34,912 nucleotides of DNA from Prasinococcaceae sp. CCMP 1430 (Eukaryota; Plantae; Prasinodermophyta). Positions within the stretch are counted from its first letter, which is position 1, and the number at the start of each line of letters is the position of its first letter. The position numbers and the translations under genes were made by a program. The notes under the pieces were generated by a model. The model worked only from the letters and a program-made list of their open reading frames with translations. It was not told where the DNA came from and did no database searches. The stretch lies in the NCBI GenBank assembly GCA_013416795.1, contig RQSC01001015.1, forward strand, positions 1 to 34,912, given 5' to 3'. This document shows, one piece after another, positions 30,675-34,912 of this stretch.

Positions 30675-31388
30675 AGAAGCAACAGAGGCAGGAGCGCTTT
30701 GCCCGTCCCCTCGCGATCCCACTCTCGCCCTCCCCCCCAACCCCTTCAACCCCCCCCTCTCCGCCGCACCTGCCCGCGCCCGCCGCGCGCGCTGTGCCCG
30801 CGCCGCCCACCTAAGGCGTACGCCGCCACCAGCGCCGCCTCGTGGGGCCCCCCCCCTAGATGCCTCCCCCTCAGGCGCCGGAGGGTGAGGATTTGGCCAC
30901 GGCCCATAGTTGTCCATTACGTTCCACCTCTTCCTTTTCACATCTGTGGTAACACATCTGAAGAAGCATCCCAAATAGAGTACTCCGACGGAACCCAATC
31001 CAAGCAGTATGGCGGAAGCGATCGCTACGCCGCTCTCGTTCGTGTCAGCGTACACCCATGGTAAGAGCGCCACCCCTGCAAGCGATAGCGCCACGGAGAG
31101 GTAAGTCGCCATGAGGGCGAAAATGAAAGCACACTTTATGCGTGCATTAAAGTTCCCGATGGCGAAGCGATCCCAGGTCGGATACGTATAGGTTACGGTC
31201 GCTGGCTTTGAGGCAAAGTCGTAAGACCCTTCTACTCCGCGTGCCAGTGGTGCCAAGGCCTTCTTGACGCGCCAAAAAAAAAAGGACAGGCGCCACAAGA
31301 CGCGCGCTCTGCGCGCACCGCTGTGGCCGCACCTCTTGTTGGCAACACACACGCCGCGACGTCGCCGACAGTCGCCTGCGCTTAACAT
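30399..31388 (-). CDS. Orphan ORF with two hydrophobic segments; the frame runs into the minisatellite; start uncertain
   Basis: CAFIFALMATYLSVALSLAGVALLPWV and VAIASAILLGLGSVGVLYLGCFF. No recognisable family; codon usage is unlike the neighbouring genes. Confidence 0.4.
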   Translation of the reverse strand: MLSAGDCRRRRGVCVANKRCGHSGARRARVLWRLSFFFWRVKKALAPLARGVEGSYDFASKPATVTYTYPTWDRFAIGNFNARIKCAFIFALMATYLSVALSLAGVALLPWVYADTNESGVAIASAILLGLGSVGVLYLGCFFRCVTTDVKRKRWNVMDNYGPWPNPHPPAPEGEASRGGAPRGGAGGGVRLRWAARAQRARRARAGAAERGGLKGLGGRARVGSRGDGQSAPASVASAEVMRTPHRSMLRGLATSLLRLRGLDSAEVRRTPHRSMLRGLATSLMRVRGLDSAEVRHSASEHVEGPGNEPDEGSGSGLRRGEALRIGAC

Positions 31389-31536
31389 CGGCGGGCGCAT
31401 TCACGCGCAGCATACACATTGCTAGTGACCCTTTCGCCGAGCAAAGGGCGGCGGCTGGCGATCACAAGGCACAGGTGCGTGCTGTGTGCACGTGCGCTTC
31501 TGGCGTGCGGTCTCGCGGCTGTGGTGGTGCACAAAG

Positions 31537-32007
31537 ATGCCTCCTAAGGGCAAGATGCCTGCCGATGAAGAGTCTACTGACCGAACCAGACGCAAAAAGC
31601 ACAACAAGAAGATGACGGGGAACTCGAAGAAGACCTGTACGGCCTCGACCATGACTGGCACGACTGGCCTCGATCATGCCGACAATCTCGATCCAGCAGA
31701 TGTAGTGCCGTTCGGCACTGACACAGGGGAGCCACCTTGGCAACCCCCGCCAAATCCTCCCGTCCGTGGCTCATCTAAAAACAAGCGCGCTGGCAGCAAG
31801 CCCGGGTTCGCTGGCACTGGCAGCAAGTCCGAACCCGGGCCTGTGCCCGAAAGAGACGTCAAGAAAAGAGAGAAGCCGCATAAGAAGGCCAGGGAGGCCA
31901 AGTTGGCCGCTGATGACAAGATCACAAAGTCCCCGCGTAAAAAGGCCAAGAAGGCCAAGAAGGCCACTAAAAAGTCCAAGCCCAGAAGCACGGCAATGAC
32001 AAGGTGA
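31537..32007 (+). CDS. Orphan Lys-rich basic disordered protein with a histone-H1-tail-like C-terminus
   Basis: MPPKGK...RRKKHNKK...KSPRKKAKKAKKATKKSKPRS. ATG at 31537 follows ACAAAG; no family recognised. Confidence 0.45.
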   Translation: MPPKGKMPADEESTDRTRRKKHNKKMTGNSKKTCTASTMTGTTGLDHADNLDPADVVPFGTDTGEPPWQPPPNPPVRGSSKNKRAGSKPGFAGTGSKSEPGPVPERDVKKREKPHKKAREAKLAADDKITKSPRKKAKKAKKATKKSKPRSTAMTR

Positions 32008-32298
32008 AAGGGGTCATGTCTGTGGCACGGGCATTGGCCGAGACCAAGGACAGCCGCGAAGCAACCACGACAAAAAAGGGCATGAAGGCCATTGCTTGAA
32101 GGCCATCGACCAGTAGCAAGCGAGAGAAACCCACGTCGAGTCAGATGAGATAGATTGTGTCTATCCCGCCTCACCCCGGTTGAAGATGAGAGCTGTAGCG
32201 CGCAGGCTGTCGGTGACGATTTCGACGCCCAGTATCTGCACTGGAAGGAGGGGGCTCGTGTAGCCGAGCTCTGTGAATTCCAAGAGTAGGCGTCTTAA

Positions 32299-32381
32299 AA
32301 TAAGATTACAGCACATTCACGACAAGGCAGCACCGCATGCTCGCTTCGGTCGGGCAAATCTACCGCGGGTGTGCTTGCGGT
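32299..32381. repeat. Direct repeat, right copy; contains the transporter stop codon and its TGTAA signal (minus strand)
   Basis: Aligns to 30180-30255. TTACA at 32306-32310 is TGTAA on the minus strand; the TAG stop is at 32362-32360. Confidence 0.9.
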
Positions 32382-33924
32382 GAGCGATGCGATGACCGCA
32401 CGCGACCGCGCAGTACGGTGGCAACCTCTTCCATGGAGAGCCCCTTGGTCTCGAAGACGATGCACTGCACGAATACGAACGCAGCAGCTGTGAAGCCAGC
32501 GAAGAGGACGAACGTGCGCGCCTTGCCCACGCCATCGACCAGGCTGAGGAAGGTCTGCGCAACGATAAAGTTTGATGACCAGTTCACGACGGTTGCCACG
32601 CCCGTGCCGAGGCTGCGCACGCGAGAGGGGAAGACCTCGGACTGCACTGCCCATGGCACCGGCCCCATTCCTGGACTGAAGCTCAGAATGTAAGCGGCGA
32701 GCCCGCAGAATGCGAGGGGCCCGTCCGGCGTGGCGTCGCGAAACGCCCGAGACAGCATCAGGAGCGATGCGAAGCAGCCAGCGAGCGAGCAGAGCGCGAG
32801 GGTGCGACGGCCGAGTCGGTCGATGAGCGCGAGGCCCGCGATTGTCCCTACCACATTGCCCGCGGCCACGACCGCGCCGTACTTGAGAGCCTCCTGTTTG
32901 TCATCGAAGCCGGCGAGGCTCAATATCTGTGTTGAGTAGTACCTGTGGTTGCATGGGCGCGGGTGCGTCAGGGGCTGCGCCCATGCCCATGCGCGTGCAC
33001 ACATCTATCGTGGCTCGCACTTGCGCGTACGCACATGACGGTGTTGATGCCCACGAGCTGCTGGAAGGCCTGAAGCCCAGCGGCCACGACCAGCGCGTAG
33101 CGATTCTCGGCGCGAGCGAAGAGCTCCGACCACGCCCGACGCCTCGAGCGGCCGCTCCTGTTGCCGTCCAGGAGGGACCGCTCCTCGCCAAGACTCGGGA
33201 CGTGCTCCTCGTCGTCCAGCTCTTGCTCGATCGCCTCAAGCTCATCGCGCGCCTCATCGGGGTCGCGCAGGCGCGCGAGCGCCAGGGCGGCCTCGCGCGC
33301 TCTCCCTCGCCGCGCGAGCCACCGCGGAGATTCGGGCAGCAGGAGGAGCCCAACACTCTGCGCAGCTGCGGGAAGGGCGGCGATGCCGAGCATCCACCGC
33401 CATCGGGCATCGCCACGCATCGCTCGCGCGAAGAAGATGTTGGAGACGTACGCTACCAGTTGCCCTGACGTAATCATGAGCGTATTGGCCGTCACAAGCG
33501 CGCCCCTGCTACGCGTGGGCGCGCACTCGGCGATGTACAGCGGCACCACAGCGCTCGCGACGCCAACACCGAGGCCGACGAGGACGCGCCCGGCGAGTAG
33601 CGAGTAGACCCCCGTCGCGCCCGCCATGGCAAGCGCCCCCGCCATAAAAAGCGCGTCGGCGCACAGCAGCGCCCTCTGTCTCCCGAACCGCTCGCCGAGC
33701 GTACCAGCGAGCGCTGCGCCAGTCGCGGCACCGCCGACCGCTGCCGACACGAAGCTCTCCTGCAAGAGACTAGAGTCGTCCAGCTCTGGCATGCCCTCGC
33801 GGAGGTACAGCAGCGCGCCAGACGCAACGCCGGTGTCGTACCCGAATAGGAAGCCGCCCGTAGCGACTGTCGCCGCGAGCGCCCACATGCGCCCAGAGGG
33901 GGCGAGCTGCGCCCGCTCGGGCAT
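32360..33924 (-). CDS. MFS sugar-porter, inositol transporter (INT)-like; intron 32943-33034
   Basis: GGFLFGYDTGVASGA, ERFGRQRA, PLYIAECAP, PESPRWL, FQQLVGINTVM|YYS across a GTGCGT...CACAG intron, DRLGRR, GMGPVPWAVQSEVFP, NWSSNFIV, ETKGLSMEEV. Confidence 0.92.
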
Positions 33925-34912
33925 CACGCAGGGCGCGCTCAGGACCGCCTGCCAGCTGGCCGCATTCGCCGACGCACGCCCAGCAGAGCGAAGGAGCGCC
34001 TCTCACTGCCGGCCCTGCGCGGGCACACCCTCTGCCATCCGCTGAGCCGACCGCCCGGATCCAGCCGGCCCCCGAGGGCGCGCACGCGCCACGACTGGGG
34101 GAGAAGGGGGGGGGAAGGGAGGAGGGGGAGGGTGTCGTGTGGCGCCGCCCCCGCCCGCCCGCACCCCCTGTGCGCCGCCCGCCGCCGCTGCTCAACACCC
34201 GCCGCTGCGATGCGTCAGTGACGCATCTTACCCACGGGAGACCACTTTTCAGCGTCACATCCACATCACATCACATCAAATCACATCGAGCGACGTACAC
34301 ACGCGAAACACACACGAGATGATTCTTCTGATTTGCGTTTCGATGGGGACCCACGTGGCCTTATTATTTTTTTTTTTTGGCGGCGCCGCGTTCGCGTTCG
34401 CGGGCGCCGTCTCCGCGCTCTCGGGCTGCGTCGCCGGCCGCGTCGCGGCCGAGCCGCGCAAAGCCGCGCAGGTGCGAGGCGTCGCCGCTCGCCTCGCCCG
34501 AGTCGGCGTGCGCGATCGGGCGCGCGTCGCGGGCTGCCCCCTGTGTCGCCCCGTGCACGTGCGCTTCGGGGCCGTGTCCGCCTTCGCCGTTTCGCGCGGC
34601 GCGCGCGAGTTTGCGCGCGACTTTTGGCAGGGGGGCATCTTCGGATCTTCTGCCTGTCGCGCGCGGCCCGATCGGCGGCGCTGCCACACACGCCGCGCTG
34701 CCGCCGCCGCCGCCGCTGCTGCTGCTGCTGCTGCTGTTGGCGCCACGGGGGCGCGAATTCACGAAATATCCGCGCAAAATCCAGACGCTTCCGCGCGCTC
34801 GCATTGACCGGCGCCCTGCGGCGCCGCGGGCGGCGCGCGAACCCGCGCAATTCTTCCGTGTGCGCGCGGTCCGAAGGGGCGCCACGTCAGCGGCGCGGCG
34901 CGCGCCGCGCGC

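Noticed and set aside
1820-33034. Introner-type repeated introns
   Set aside because: The seven inferred introns share only donor and branch motifs and CG-richness, with no extended mutual similarity.
34257-34735. (CACAT)n and (GCC)n(GCT)n runs and ORFs at the right edge
   Set aside because: These are simple repeats in a promoter-like or incomplete region; no product is supportable within the window.
140-34885. Many long antisense or alternative-frame ORFs (e.g. 140-1381, 2790-4118, 5523-6575, 20584-22605, 27073-28293)
   Set aside because: These are R/A/P-rich shadows of real genes caused by high GC and codon bias, with no domain motifs.

Overview
Eukaryotic nuclear DNA, very GC-rich and gene-dense, most consistent with a green alga of prasinophyte grade. 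This rests on short GTGCGT/GTACGT...YAG introns with CTGAC branch points, TGTAA poly(A) signals, plant-type AAACCCT repeats and plant-like plastid, mitochondrial and peroxisomal genes. I can support about 15 conserved protein genes: a DTX46/EDS5-like MATE, a THNSL2-type threonine-synthase-like protein, organellar MetRS, a ZZ-finger protein, isovaleryl-CoA dehydrogenase, a LysM protein, QTRT2, MED15, a Toc34-like fusion, a CBS-pair protein, HlyIII/PAQR, a PP2C, an MBD9-like chromatin protein, peroxisomal MDH and an inositol/sugar transporter. There are also two orphan ORFs. The most unusual items are: (1) a Toc34-type G-domain with degenerate nucleotide-binding motifs fused in frame to an unrelated green-lineage domain; (2) a ~2.1 kb lower-GC cassette bounded by ~80 bp direct repeats, holding two divergent orphan ORFs and a 79 bp minisatellite; (3) head-to-head abutting or overlapping PMDH and MBD9-like genes, with PMDH lacking an in-frame AUG, a defect shared by MetRS; (4) a candidate intronic C/D-box snoRNA. 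All family assignments come from motif recognition and remembered homologues, not from database searches. Long poly-C runs and one 'n' show that assembly error is a live alternative for several of these oddities.
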